A stretch of DNA of 62,390 nucleotides, counting the filler, from a bacterium (GTDB taxonomy: Bacteria; JALSQH01): NCBI GenBank assembly GCA_027004335.1. It is 9 parts of 9 records of this genome, joined end to end, with 100 filler letters (N's around TTAATTAATTAA, not from the genome) between each part and the next. Parts side by side here need not be neighbours in the genome. Positions count along the whole stretch, not along the records: positions 39,662 to 42,922 come from JALTID010000139.1; positions 43,023 to 52,677 come from JALTID010000140.1; 7 more parts are not named here. One strand, written 5' to 3'. The translations under genes and the position numbers were made by a program. The notes below the pieces were generated by a model. The model was not told the DNA's origin, made no database searches, and saw nothing but the letters and a program-made list of their open reading frames with translations. Position 1 is the first letter of the stretch, and the number at the start of each line of letters is the position of its first letter. Below, in pieces: positions 39,997-49,623 of the stretch.

Positions 39997-41330
39997 TGTT
40001 CATTCCTCATTCACCGGAGGAAATCAAAAGTCTACTTGAGGAATCTGGTTTAAAAAATATCAAAAAACTGTTTGCACAAATTCCCCAAAATGTACAGGAA
40101 AAAGCAAATATAAATATTGATGCCATCAAAGATCAACAGGCTCTTATAAGATTCTTCAAAAATCTTGCAGAAAAAAATACCTCTCCGCCTCCTGAGCGAA
40201 TTTTCGCAGGGGGAGGTGCATATCTTCACTTCATACCTGCAGCTGAGGAAGAAATACTTAGCAGAACAGAGTTCTACACTGCATATACCCCCTATCAGCC
40301 AGAGGTAAGTCAGGGTACCCTACAGGCAATTTTTGAGTTTCAGACTATGATAGCTGACATCTTTGGAATGGAAGTAGCGAATGCCTCAATGTATGATGGT
40401 GCATCCTCACTGGCAGAAGCAGTATTGATGGCAAAACGTCTCGATAAAAAAAGAGATAGGAAGTTGGTTTTTGTTGCTTCTAATATACATCCTGAATATA
40501 TTCAAGTTGTTAAAACTTACCTTGGATCTTCAGAGATTGAAATTGCACCTCTCCCCTACAACGAAAAAAGCGGTAAAATTGAGAAAGAACTTTTAAAGGC
40601 AAGCAAAGAAGCTTTCGCATGGGTGATAGGATACCCAAATTTTTTTGGCATAATTGAAGATGTTGAAGAAATAAGAGCGATGGCAGATGAAAAAGAGGTT
40701 AAGTTAATAACGGTTACTCAGGAACCATTTGCCCTTGGAATTTTTGAATCTCCGGGGGAATTTGGTACTGATATTGCAGTTGGTGAGGGACAGAGTTTTG
40801 GCATTCAACCCTACTTTGGAGGTCCCGGTCTGGGACTTTTTACCACAAAAATGGAATTTGTAAGACAGATGCCGGGAAGGCTTGTAGGTGAAACTGTGGA
40901 CAACAATGGGAACAGAGGATATGTACTTACTCTCGCCACCAGAGAGCAGCATATAAGACGAGAAAAGGCAACTTCCAATATATGTTCAAATCAGGGGCTC
41001 AATGCCCTTGCTGCCACAGTATACCTTGCACTTGTAGGAAAAGAAGGATTCAGAAGAATTTCTGAGATCAACTATAAACTTGCCCACTACGCCTTCAAAA
41101 ATCTTATAGAAATTGAAGGAATTTCCCCTGTCTTTACAGGAGAATTTTTCAATGAATTCGTTTTAAAGATACCAGAAGAAAAAGTTAAAAGAGCTATAAG
41201 GGAAAATTTTATGCCGGGAATCCCTCTGGAAAAATTTTTCTCCCGATGGAAGGATCTGTATCTTTTTTCCTTTACGGAAATTAATACATTAAATGCCATT
41301 GATGCACTAAAAGAGGTTATGGAGAGATAA
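39996..41330 (+). CDS. gcvPA: Glycine dehydrogenase subunit 1
   Basis: EFYTAYTPYQPEVSQGTLQAIFEFQ, ANASMYDG and TREQHIRREKATSNICSNQ. Confidence 0.97.
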   Translation: MFIPHSPEEIKSLLEESGLKNIKKLFAQIPQNVQEKANINIDAIKDQQALIRFFKNLAEKNTSPPPERIFAGGGAYLHFIPAAEEEILSRTEFYTAYTPYQPEVSQGTLQAIFEFQTMIADIFGMEVANASMYDGASSLAEAVLMAKRLDKKRDRKLVFVASNIHPEYIQVVKTYLGSSEIEIAPLPYNEKSGKIEKELLKASKEAFAWVIGYPNFFGIIEDVEEIRAMADEKEVKLITVTQEPFALGIFESPGEFGTDIAVGEGQSFGIQPYFGGPGLGLFTTKMEFVRQMPGRLVGETVDNNGNRGYVLTLATREQHIRREKATSNICSNQGLNALAATVYLALVGKEGFRRISEINYKLAHYAFKNLIEIEGISPVFTGEFFNEFVLKIPEEKVKRAIRENFMPGIPLEKFFSRWKDLYLFSFTEINTLNAIDALKEVMER

Positions 41331-42782
41331 ATGGCAAAAGCAAACCAACATATAGCATACAGAGAAAAACTTCTTTTTGAGCTTTCCAGGGAAGGAAAAA
41401 GAGGAGTTACACTTGAAGATCCATTACCAGATTTTCCACTTCCTGAAGACAGAAGAAAGGATCTGGGAAATCTTCCTTCTCTTTCTGAGAGTGAAGTTGT
41501 AAGGCATTTTATAAGACTTTCCCACCTTAATTTTGCTGTGGATCTTGGATTTTATCCGCTGGGATCATGCACCATGAAATATAATCCTAAAGTAAACGAG
41601 CAAGTTGTTAAAAATGAGAATTTTTCAATGCTTCACCCCTATTTACCAGAAGAAAAAGTTCAGGGAATACTTGAAGCAATGTACCTTCTACAAAATGCCT
41701 TAATTGAAATTTCAGGACTTTCTGCGGTTACCCTTCAGCCTGCCGCAGGAGCACACGGTGAGCTAACTGGAATGATGATAATGAAGGCATTCCATGCTGA
41801 TCATAATACCGGCAAAGACACAGTCCTAATTCCTGATACAGCCCATGGAACCAATCCTGCTTCCTGCAGAATGGCTGGATTTAAAGTGATTCCTGTAAAA
41901 GTTGGCAAAGAGGGTTATCTACATCTTGAAGATGTAAAAAAATTGATGAATGACAACATTGCAGGAATTATGATCACAAATCCAAATACACTGGGTATTT
42001 ACGAAGAAGAACTACACAAGATTGCAGAATTGCTTCATGAAAATAACGCTCTTGTTTATGGTGATGGTGCGAACATGAACGCTCTAATGGGTTACGCAAA
42101 ACCGGGAGATATTGGAATAGATATTCTTCATTTCAACCTTCATAAAACTTTCTCAACACCACATGGAGGTGGTGGTCCTGGAGCAGGACCTGTGGCAGTA
42201 AGGGAAGATTTGAAGCAATATCTTCCAGTACCTGTGGTGGATGAAAAAGATGGTAAATATTATCTAAGTTATGAAATTCCTAAATCAATTGGAAAAGTTA
42301 AGGCATTCTATGGTCACACTTCGGTGATACTCAAAGCACTGGCCTACATTTTAGTGTTAGGTGGAGATGGACTAAAGGAAGTTTCTGAAATTGCAGTGTT
42401 AAATGCATGTTACATAAGAGAAAGACTGAGAAAATATTACCATCTACCTTTTGAAACACCAAACATGCACGAAGTTGTGTTCACAGATAAATTCCAATTA
42501 GAAAATGGTATAACCACCATGGATATCGCCAAGGCTCTCATAGACAGAGGATTCCATCCCCCTACAGTCTATTTTCCTCTGGTTGTTAAAGATGCACTTA
42601 TGATAGAACCTACAGAAACGGAAAGTAAAGAGGAATTAGATAATTTTATCGATGCAATGATAGAAATCGCAAAAATAGCCAGGGAAAACCCGGAGGAACT
42701 CCACAACGCACCACAGAATACAATAGTTGGTCGTCTTGACGAGGTCAGGGCTGCGAGACACCCGAAGTTGAAGTTTGGTTGA
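41331..42782 (+). CDS. gcvPB: Glycine dehydrogenase subunit 2
   Basis: YPLGSCTMKYNP, QPAAGAHGE, AHGTNPAS, NLHKTFSTPHGGGGPG (PLP Lys) and MIEPTETES. Confidence 0.97.
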   Translation: MAKANQHIAYREKLLFELSREGKRGVTLEDPLPDFPLPEDRRKDLGNLPSLSESEVVRHFIRLSHLNFAVDLGFYPLGSCTMKYNPKVNEQVVKNENFSMLHPYLPEEKVQGILEAMYLLQNALIEISGLSAVTLQPAAGAHGELTGMMIMKAFHADHNTGKDTVLIPDTAHGTNPASCRMAGFKVIPVKVGKEGYLHLEDVKKLMNDNIAGIMITNPNTLGIYEEELHKIAELLHENNALVYGDGANMNALMGYAKPGDIGIDILHFNLHKTFSTPHGGGGPGAGPVAVREDLKQYLPVPVVDEKDGKYYLSYEIPKSIGKVKAFYGHTSVILKALAYILVLGGDGLKEVSEIAVLNACYIRERLRKYYHLPFETPNMHEVVFTDKFQLENGITTMDIAKALIDRGFHPPTVYFPLVVKDALMIEPTETESKEELDNFIDAMIEIAKIARENPEELHNAPQNTIVGRLDEVRAARHPKLKFG

Positions 42783-42921
42783 TTTTATCCTTTGACTTCT
42801 GAATCTTTAACCTAATTAATCTGGCAAGAGCTGAGTTTGGCTGAAGGGAAAGGATTTTTAAATATGCAAGCATAGCGTTTTGATATCTTTCCTGTAACTC
42901 ATAAATACCCCCCAGATTATA
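42745..42921 (-). CDS. TPR-repeat protein, C-terminal fragment (absent from the ORF track)
   Basis: Hand translation YNLGGIYELQERYQNAMLAYLKILSLQPNS...* fits the TPR consensus (YNLG..Y...G.Y..A...Y.KAL.L.P). The frame is open to the segment end. Confidence 0.7.
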   Translation of the reverse strand, partial: YNLGGIYELQERYQNAMLAYLKILSLQPNSALARLIRLKIQKSKDKINQTSTSGVSQP

Positions 42922-42922
42922 C

Positions 42923-43022
42923 NNNNNNNNNNNNNNNNNNNNNNNNNNNNNNNNNNNNNNNNNNNNTTAATTAATTAANNNNNNNNNNNNNNNNNNNNNN
43001 NNNNNNNNNNNNNNNNNNNNNN
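42923..43022. other. Artificial contig linker
   Basis: N44-TTAATTAATTAA-N44. Confidence 0.99.
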
Positions 43023-44033
43023 GAGATTGGTGAAAATGGAGTTGTTTTTATTGATGAAATCCAAAGGAAGGAGAATGCTGGCTTATTTTTAAAAGGCTTA
43101 TACGATATGGGATTGAATTACAAATTTGTAGTTTCTGGTTCGGGAAGCATTGAATTAAAGGAAAAGATAAAGGAATCCCTTGTTGGGAGAAAAAGAATAT
43201 TTCTTGTAACTCCTCTTAATTTCCGTGAATTTCTGCATTATAAAACTTCCTACAGGTATATAGGTAATCTTGAAAAATTTTTAACTGTGGAGGAAGAAAA
43301 GGCTCACCTCCTTCTTAAGGAGTATCTTAATTTTGCTGGTTATCCGGCAGTTGTTAAAGAAAAAAGTTTGCAGCAAAAATATATGATTATTTCAGAAATA
43401 TTCAGCAGCTATATTGAACGGGACATTACCTCTCTTTTAGGAGTTAAAAGAAATGATGCTTTCGTGGAAATGATAAGACTTCTTGCTTCAAATTTAGGCC
43501 AGATTGTTAACTATACAAACTTTACACAACATCTTGGGATCTCATTCCAGACTTTGAAAAATTTCCTCTATTATGCTGAAAAAACCTTTATCGTTGAAAG
43601 AGTAACTCCCTATTTTAACAATCCGGTAAAGGAATTAACAAAAAATCCAAAGTATTATTTTTACGATGAAGGACTACGAAATTTTGCTATAAATCTGTTT
43701 GGTAATGTAACAGATTTTTCTCCGCTATTTGAGAATCTTGTCTGGCAGATTTTAAAAGAAAAAACTTTTTACTCAGCTGCCTCAATCCATTATTGGCGGA
43801 CTCAGAATGGTGCAGAGGTTGATTTTGTAGTTAATTATGGAAGAGAAATAGTACCTTACGAAGTTAAATATGTTTCCCTTGAAAAACCAGCTATTACCCG
43901 ATCCCTGAGAAGCTTTATTACAAAATACTCTCCACCAGTTGCCTATGTTGTAAATCTTTCCCTCAGTAAGACCATTAGGGTTGGAAATACACCTGTAAAA
44001 TTTATCAGATGGTGGGAGATAGGCGAGAGGTAA
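43023..44033 (+). CDS. AAA_14 ATPase with DUF4143 domain (5' partial)
   Basis: Walker B VFIDEIQ upstream of the annotated Met; SGS...ESLVGR, GYP, PKYYFYDEGL, LFEN and YWRT...EVDFV...EVK. Confidence 0.9.
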   Translation, partial: EIGENGVVFIDEIQRKENAGLFLKGLYDMGLNYKFVVSGSGSIELKEKIKESLVGRKRIFLVTPLNFREFLHYKTSYRYIGNLEKFLTVEEEKAHLLLKEYLNFAGYPAVVKEKSLQQKYMIISEIFSSYIERDITSLLGVKRNDAFVEMIRLLASNLGQIVNYTNFTQHLGISFQTLKNFLYYAEKTFIVERVTPYFNNPVKELTKNPKYYFYDEGLRNFAINLFGNVTDFSPLFENLVWQILKEKTFYSAASIHYWRTQNGAEVDFVVNYGREIVPYEVKYVSLEKPAITRSLRSFITKYSPPVAYVVNLSLSKTIRVGNTPVKFIRWWEIGER

Positions 44034-44102
44034 AAAGAAAGCGGATCAAATTCCCCTTCCCTCTCTCATAAAATTTCATTATAATTAGAGAAAGGGAATG
44101 CA

Positions 44103-45572
44103 ATGGATTTAAAAAATATTCCCAGCATCGCGATTCATTTTGACCCCAACCCTGCAAATGTAGCGGGAGCTCTGGCATTTGATTATTATCTTCAGGATCA
44201 CGATTATTCAGGCGAAATTTTAAAGATTCTTGCTGACTCAACCCCTCTACTGGAGAGACTCTACGCCATGGCAAAGGGCTCCAGCGGGAGAGACATTCAT
44301 GGAGATCAATTTCTTATGACAGGAATGCTCGTAGTGATAATCGGAGCTTATCCCCCTGAAGGTATGCTTTATGCCAGTGAAACCTACAAAAACCACTTTG
44401 TAGAAATGATAGATGAAATGCTCACCAGCCTCCAGCAGAAAAACCTATACATCTACTTTATCCTTCCGGAAAAAATAGAAAGGGGCGTGGATCACACCTT
44501 GCTTCCAGAAAGCTCCAGAGTAAGGATTCTGGCACCAGATGAGTGGAATAGAGAGTTTCCCGGACTTGGTGATTACCTTAAATTTGATCATCAGCTCTCA
44601 TCGGACTTCATGAGCCTCTATATTGTTCTTATGGCAATATCCCTTATGGCGGAAAATTATTTCCTCGCAGAGGATCTCTTCAACAGAAGGTTTTTGCTTT
44701 ATTTTGATAAGGAATTAAATAAAAACGCAGCATATGAGATCCCCTTATTTTTTGAATCACCCATAATTTCTGAATTTGGGGAAGAACTTGTAAATACAAA
44801 AGCAAACATCCTCAAATCAACTGAAAATCATTTCCCCGTTTTCCTCTTTGGTGAACCATGCACAGGAATTGAGGAAACAGCAAAATTTATCCATGCAGCA
44901 ACCAGGATAAAGGGCTCTCTTGAGGAGTTTAATGAGGATTTTATCCACATTGAAGCCTTCAATTCAGAAGGAGGAGTAGACAGAATATTATTTGGAGATG
45001 GAGATAAAAAAGGACTTTTAGAATCATTCTCTGAAGGAGGAACCCTTTTCATAAGCAGAGTTGAAAATCTCCCGCAATACATCCAGAAAAAGCTTCTGAA
45101 TCTCCTGCAAGAAAAGAAATATATTAAAAACAATGGGGAAAAAGTCTCAATAAGTGGAAATATTAAACTTCTCGTGGCCTCAAATTATTATCCGGAAGAA
45201 CTTCAGAAGAAGGGAAAACTTCTACCAGAATTCTATCAAACAGTAACCACAAATATTGTGAGGCTACCCTCTCTCAGTGAGTGGGAAGGAGCTGATCTAA
45301 TGAAGCTTATAAATCTCCTGACATTGAAATATGGTGAAAAAAACTCCATAAATCTGCCCAACCTGAATGGACTTGATGATGGTGAATATCAATACTACTA
45401 TACCGTTATCGATCCCGAAACCCTGGATAAGCTAATGGAGAGGACATGGGAAAAAGGCAATATCTGCGAGTTGAAAAAAATTCTCTACAGGTATTTCGCC
45501 TATGGCAGGATCATTGAGGACAGTGATCTCACCGGTTATGGGAAATTACTGGATTTTAAAGGAAGAGACTAA
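44103..45572 (+). CDS. Protein with a degenerate sigma-54-activator (bEBP) AAA+ domain
   Basis: PVFLFGEPCTGIEETAKFIH, LFG, GLLE...GGTLFI..V..LP...Q.KLL.LLQ, LPSL and GNICEL follow the bEBP motif order, but the catalytic residues are altered. Confidence 0.8.
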   Translation: MDLKNIPSIAIHFDPNPANVAGALAFDYYLQDHDYSGEILKILADSTPLLERLYAMAKGSSGRDIHGDQFLMTGMLVVIIGAYPPEGMLYASETYKNHFVEMIDEMLTSLQQKNLYIYFILPEKIERGVDHTLLPESSRVRILAPDEWNREFPGLGDYLKFDHQLSSDFMSLYIVLMAISLMAENYFLAEDLFNRRFLLYFDKELNKNAAYEIPLFFESPIISEFGEELVNTKANILKSTENHFPVFLFGEPCTGIEETAKFIHAATRIKGSLEEFNEDFIHIEAFNSEGGVDRILFGDGDKKGLLESFSEGGTLFISRVENLPQYIQKKLLNLLQEKKYIKNNGEKVSISGNIKLLVASNYYPEELQKKGKLLPEFYQTVTTNIVRLPSLSEWEGADLMKLINLLTLKYGEKNSINLPNLNGLDDGEYQYYYTVIDPETLDKLMERTWEKGNICELKKILYRYFAYGRIIEDSDLTGYGKLLDFKGRD

Positions 45573-45591
45573 CAATTACATTTTTTCTTTC

Positions 45592-45620
45592 TTTACCCTC
45601 TACAAATCTTGTGCTATAAT
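45592..45620 (+). promoter_or_regulatory. Putative sigma70 promoter with extended -10
   Basis: TTTACC-17 nt-TATAAT, with TGc immediately before the -10, upstream of the ATG at 45647. Confidence 0.55.
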
Positions 45621-45646
45621 CATTAACATAGGACATTAAAAGAAAA

Positions 45647-45973
45647 ATGGGTAAGATTGGGAAAATTGATCTAGGCCAGCAGATAAAAAAAATTTTTCAC
45701 TCAAGTAAGGAATTCATGCTTGATATGGGGAATTATGTCTATGAAGATGGAATGTTTATCCCCACAGCAAGAGAAATTGAGGAAGGTTCAATTATACATT
45801 TTAATTTCACCTTGCAGGACAGGAAGTCCATACTCAGAGGAACAGGTAAGGTCCAGAGTATTTCCAGAAAACCCCCGTTAGGATGGAAAATTCTCTTCGT
45901 TGAATTAGATGAGAGGAGCAAGAAGAATCTCCAGATGATTATTGACTGGAAAAGAAAACATGGCCAATCGTAA
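45647..45973 (+). CDS. PilZ-like domain protein (resembles the myxobacterial TIGR02266 type)
   Basis: F.S..EF......DGMFIPT...EGSIIHFNFTL...LRGTGKV......G..I.FVELD..S follows the PilZ beta-barrel pattern. Confidence 0.7.
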   Translation: MGKIGKIDLGQQIKKIFHSSKEFMLDMGNYVYEDGMFIPTAREIEEGSIIHFNFTLQDRKSILRGTGKVQSISRKPPLGWKILFVELDERSKKNLQMIIDWKRKHGQS

Positions 45974-47231
45974 GGAAAAATGGTCAAATTTATTTATGCT
46001 CCCTCTTCTTATTATACTTTTCGCCTGTCAAGGATTAAGTTTTTCTGCAAAAGAAAATCCAATTAAGAAATTAAAATTCTCTGTTAGGCTCACAGAAGGA
46101 CTTCAATTACTTTACATTTCAGATCTCTTTTTAAACGGAGACAATTTTAACCAAAATCTCAATCCTGTTATCCCTATGACAGGGCTCTTTCCCTTCCCAT
46201 TTACTACCATTACAGGAGAGACTACAGGTAGAGGAGGCGAGACAATACTTTACGATTACAGTGAATGTACTACCAGTCCCCTGTGCCATTTATTTTATCA
46301 TATTTCATACCCTGGAAATTCTTATATAAAAGAGAGAAAGATCAACATTCTTATAAAATCATCTTATCCCAATCAGGTTACAGATGACTCTGTAATTGAA
46401 ATTAATGAAAACCAGAAATTAAAAAACGGAGCAAACAGAGCTATTTTGCTTATTACTGGCGAAGATGGGCTTTTAAAAATCAATGACATCTTTCCACCCC
46501 TTTCACCAGTGGAGAACAAAGAGGAAATCTACTATTTTTCAAAAATAACTGCTTCTTCACAGATATATCCTTCTTCGGTTACTTTTGCATCAGGGTATGT
46601 AGTATATCCAGATGATGGCAAGATAAAAAAAATTTGCGAAGATAACAACCTGCAAATTGTAGTAGATAACAACTACTCTCTTGAGATTACACAGGATTCA
46701 AATTTAAACTTTTATAACATTTTTCCTGAAAAAAATGAAGTAAGATACTCTTTGAGACAGGGGAGTATCACTCTAAATTTCTATTTTACAGAAAAATCAC
46801 CAGTGAAACATATATACTTCAGTGCAAGAACCACAGAAGCAATCTCTTTTGAAGAAAAAATAATCAATAATGACTCAACTTCAGATACCCTTACAGGCTA
46901 TCTCAGTAACGGCCAGATCATGCTTAATTATGATAAGTTTACAGGAATTCTAACATATTTTAAAAACTGGGATAACTTGAAAATTTCAGGACAAATTAAA
47001 GGAGAAGATGGAGTCTTTGATATAAATATCTCAGCTCAGCTCGGGGTCATGTGGGATGTTGATTACTGGTGGGATTCCTACAAAAGCGAAGATATTGCTC
47101 CCGATGAAGAGGGAAATTTAAAGTATATGCTTTTAAAAGATGGCACCGGGAGTGTAACTCTCTATGACAAAGGTGGAATTCACTCATCCAGGAGTTATTC
47201 TCTCTCCTTTGAGGGTGGAGTGATAAAATAA
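45960..47231 (+). CDS. Hypothetical lipoprotein
   Basis: Lipobox LFA-C after a hydrophobic stretch; beta-rich body; overlaps the end of the PilZ gene. No family recognised. Confidence 0.7.
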   Translation: MANRKEKWSNLFMLPLLIILFACQGLSFSAKENPIKKLKFSVRLTEGLQLLYISDLFLNGDNFNQNLNPVIPMTGLFPFPFTTITGETTGRGGETILYDYSECTTSPLCHLFYHISYPGNSYIKERKINILIKSSYPNQVTDDSVIEINENQKLKNGANRAILLITGEDGLLKINDIFPPLSPVENKEEIYYFSKITASSQIYPSSVTFASGYVVYPDDGKIKKICEDNNLQIVVDNNYSLEITQDSNLNFYNIFPEKNEVRYSLRQGSITLNFYFTEKSPVKHIYFSARTTEAISFEEKIINNDSTSDTLTGYLSNGQIMLNYDKFTGILTYFKNWDNLKISGQIKGEDGVFDINISAQLGVMWDVDYWWDSYKSEDIAPDEEGNLKYMLLKDGTGSVTLYDKGGIHSSRSYSLSFEGGVIK

Positions 47232-48590
47232 CTAACTCCTCTTCTTGAGGATTATCCTTACAGGAACACCTGTAAGCTGAAATTTTTCTTTTAGTTTGTT
47301 TTTAACATATCTTAGGTAATTTTCACTTACTTCCTCTGGCTTATTTGTAACAAGAAGAAATGTGGGAGGCTTGGTTTCAACCTGTGTAATATAATAAAAC
47401 TTAACAGGTCTAAAACCTTTTCCAAGAGGATGGGAATGAAACTCAATGATCTCCCTGAAAAATCTATTTAATTGTCCCGTAGTTATTCTCATGGTGTACA
47501 TATTGCAGGTTTTAATAATGGCTTCATAAAGTGAAGCCAAACCATAGCCAGTTTTAGCAGAAACAAAAACTATGGGGGTGTGTTGAAGAAAAGAATATCT
47601 GAAATTTATATATCCAATCACCTTTTTCTTAAACTTTTCAGGATCACCTTTAACAAGATCCATCTTATTAAAGACTATTACAACAGCTCTTCCCCTTTTC
47701 TGGGTAAGACTCAGGAGCCTGAGATCTTGAGTGGTTATACCCTCTCTGGAATCCATCACTAAAAGGGAGATATCAGCTTTCTCAAGAATCTCAATACCTT
47801 TCAAAGAAGATTTTCTTTCAACCCTACTATCAATTCTTGACTTTCTTCTTATTCCTGGAGTGTCAATGAGAATAAAATCCTTTTTTTTCCATCTAAAAAA
47901 AATATCAATGGTATCTCTAGTGGTTCCTGGGATTTCACTTACTAAGACTCTTTCCTCCCTGATGATTTTATTCAAAAGAGAAGATTTCCCTACATTTGGT
48001 CTTCCAGTAATTGTGAGCTTCACCGGTTCATCCTCTTTATCCTCCTTTAAATCGGGCAATGAGAGTTGACTATTCAAATGCTCCATAAGTTCCTCAATAC
48101 CCGCTTTATGTTTTACTGAGACGGGGAAAATATCTTCAACATCTACACCACTCTCATAAAACTCACTTAATTTCACCTTATTAAGAGGGGGATCAGCTTT
48201 ATTTACAAGGAGGTAGAATCTTTTATTCTCTTTCCTCATCTTATCAATCAACTCTTTATCAAGGGGTAAAAGTCCATCCTTAAAATCCACGACCAAGAGT
48301 ACCAGATCTGCTTCCCTTATCCATTTCAGGCCCTCAGATTCAATTTTTTCCTGCAAAATGTCACTTCCTCCCAATCCACCCATATCAACAAGATCAAATA
48401 TCTTTCCATACCAGTTGACTCTGTGAAAAAGGGGATCTCTCGTTACACCAGGAGTATCATCTATTAGTGCTCTTGAATTTCCTGAAATCATATTAAAAAG
48501 TGATGATTTACCCACATTGGGCCTACCTACCAGAACTATTAGAGGGATTTTCTCTGCTTCCACCACCTTATATTCTCTATCCTCAACCAT
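47232..48590 (-). CDS. der: Ribosome biogenesis GTPase Der (EngA)
   Basis: Two G domains (GRPNVGKSSL twice, PGVTRD/PGTTRD, NKAD/NKMD) and a KH-like C-terminus. The true start may be a GTG a few codons downstream. Confidence 0.97.
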   Translation of the reverse strand: MVEDREYKVVEAEKIPLIVLVGRPNVGKSSLFNMISGNSRALIDDTPGVTRDPLFHRVNWYGKIFDLVDMGGLGGSDILQEKIESEGLKWIREADLVLLVVDFKDGLLPLDKELIDKMRKENKRFYLLVNKADPPLNKVKLSEFYESGVDVEDIFPVSVKHKAGIEELMEHLNSQLSLPDLKEDKEDEPVKLTITGRPNVGKSSLLNKIIREERVLVSEIPGTTRDTIDIFFRWKKKDFILIDTPGIRRKSRIDSRVERKSSLKGIEILEKADISLLVMDSREGITTQDLRLLSLTQKRGRAVVIVFNKMDLVKGDPEKFKKKVIGYINFRYSFLQHTPIVFVSAKTGYGLASLYEAIIKTCNMYTMRITTGQLNRFFREIIEFHSHPLGKGFRPVKFYYITQVETKPPTFLLVTNKPEEVSENYLRYVKNKLKEKFQLTGVPVRIILKKRS

Positions 48591-48696
48591 TCTTCTAATT
48601 CCCTCTCTATTCTACCAATCTTGTCCCTTCTTCGCTTTATTTTTTTCTCCCCCCTCTCATTGTATTTCTTCTCAATTTTTGCTATTTTTTTCGCAT

Positions 48697-49623
48697 TCAA
48701 ATGTCATACCCAAATTCTTTGATAATTCTTTTCTTATCAGTCCAGTTGGGAGTAACTTTTACCCACAGTTCAAGATAAATTTTTACACCTAAAAGAGCTT
48801 CCATCTCCACTCTGGCATATTTCCCGATTCTCTTGATCATACTCCCCCTTTTTCCAATGATAATCTTCCTTTGAGAATCTTTCTCCACATGAATTGTAGC
48901 TCTGATATAAATTAAATTTTTCTCACTATCCTCTTTAAACTCCTCCACAACAACAGCAGTGGAATAGGGTATTTCTTTATAAGTCAGGAGAAAAATTTTC
49001 TCTCTAACAAGTTCAGAGGCTAAAAATCGCTCAGGGAGATCAGTTAAATAATCTTCAGGGAAAAGGGGAGGCTCCCGTGGAAGAAATTTCTTTAGCGTCT
49101 TTTCAAGATCTGAAAAATTTGTTCCCTTTAATGCGGAGATAGGGATTATCTCCTTAAAGGGAAGGATATCCTTATATTGGTCTATGAGAAGTAAAAGTTT
49201 ATCTTTCCTTATAAGATCAACTTTATTCATTCCCAGAATTATAGGCTTATCTGTATTTTTCAGTATATTAACCAGCTCCTCCTCATCTTTACCAAAAGGC
49301 CTTGTAACATCGGATAACATCAGGACAATATCAATTTCTCCCAGAGTCCTATTTATCTGCTCCAGCATAACTCTGCTTAATACTTTTTTACCACTGTGGT
49401 ATCCCGGGGTATCCCAGAAAATGAATTGAGCATTGGGAAGAGTCTTGACTCCCAGTATCCTGTTTCTTGTAGTCTGGGGTTTGTGGGTAACGATGGAGAT
49501 TTTTTCTCCTAAAAGAGAATTTAAAAGTGTAGACTTTCCAGCATTGGGTTTACCCACAATAATTATATAACCGGAGCTGAAATTTTTATATTTTTCAGGA
49601 AAATCTTTAGAAAATATTTTCAT
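48697..49623 (-). CDS. era: GTPase Era
   Basis: GKPNAGKSTL, KPQTTR, DTPG, NKVD, ISA, EIPYS, IIGKRG and LELWVKV. Confidence 0.97.
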   Translation of the reverse strand: MKIFSKDFPEKYKNFSSGYIIIVGKPNAGKSTLLNSLLGEKISIVTHKPQTTRNRILGVKTLPNAQFIFWDTPGYHSGKKVLSRVMLEQINRTLGEIDIVLMLSDVTRPFGKDEEELVNILKNTDKPIILGMNKVDLIRKDKLLLLIDQYKDILPFKEIIPISALKGTNFSDLEKTLKKFLPREPPLFPEDYLTDLPERFLASELVREKIFLLTYKEIPYSTAVVVEEFKEDSEKNLIYIRATIHVEKDSQRKIIIGKRGSMIKRIGKYARVEMEALLGVKIYLELWVKVTPNWTDKKRIIKEFGYDI

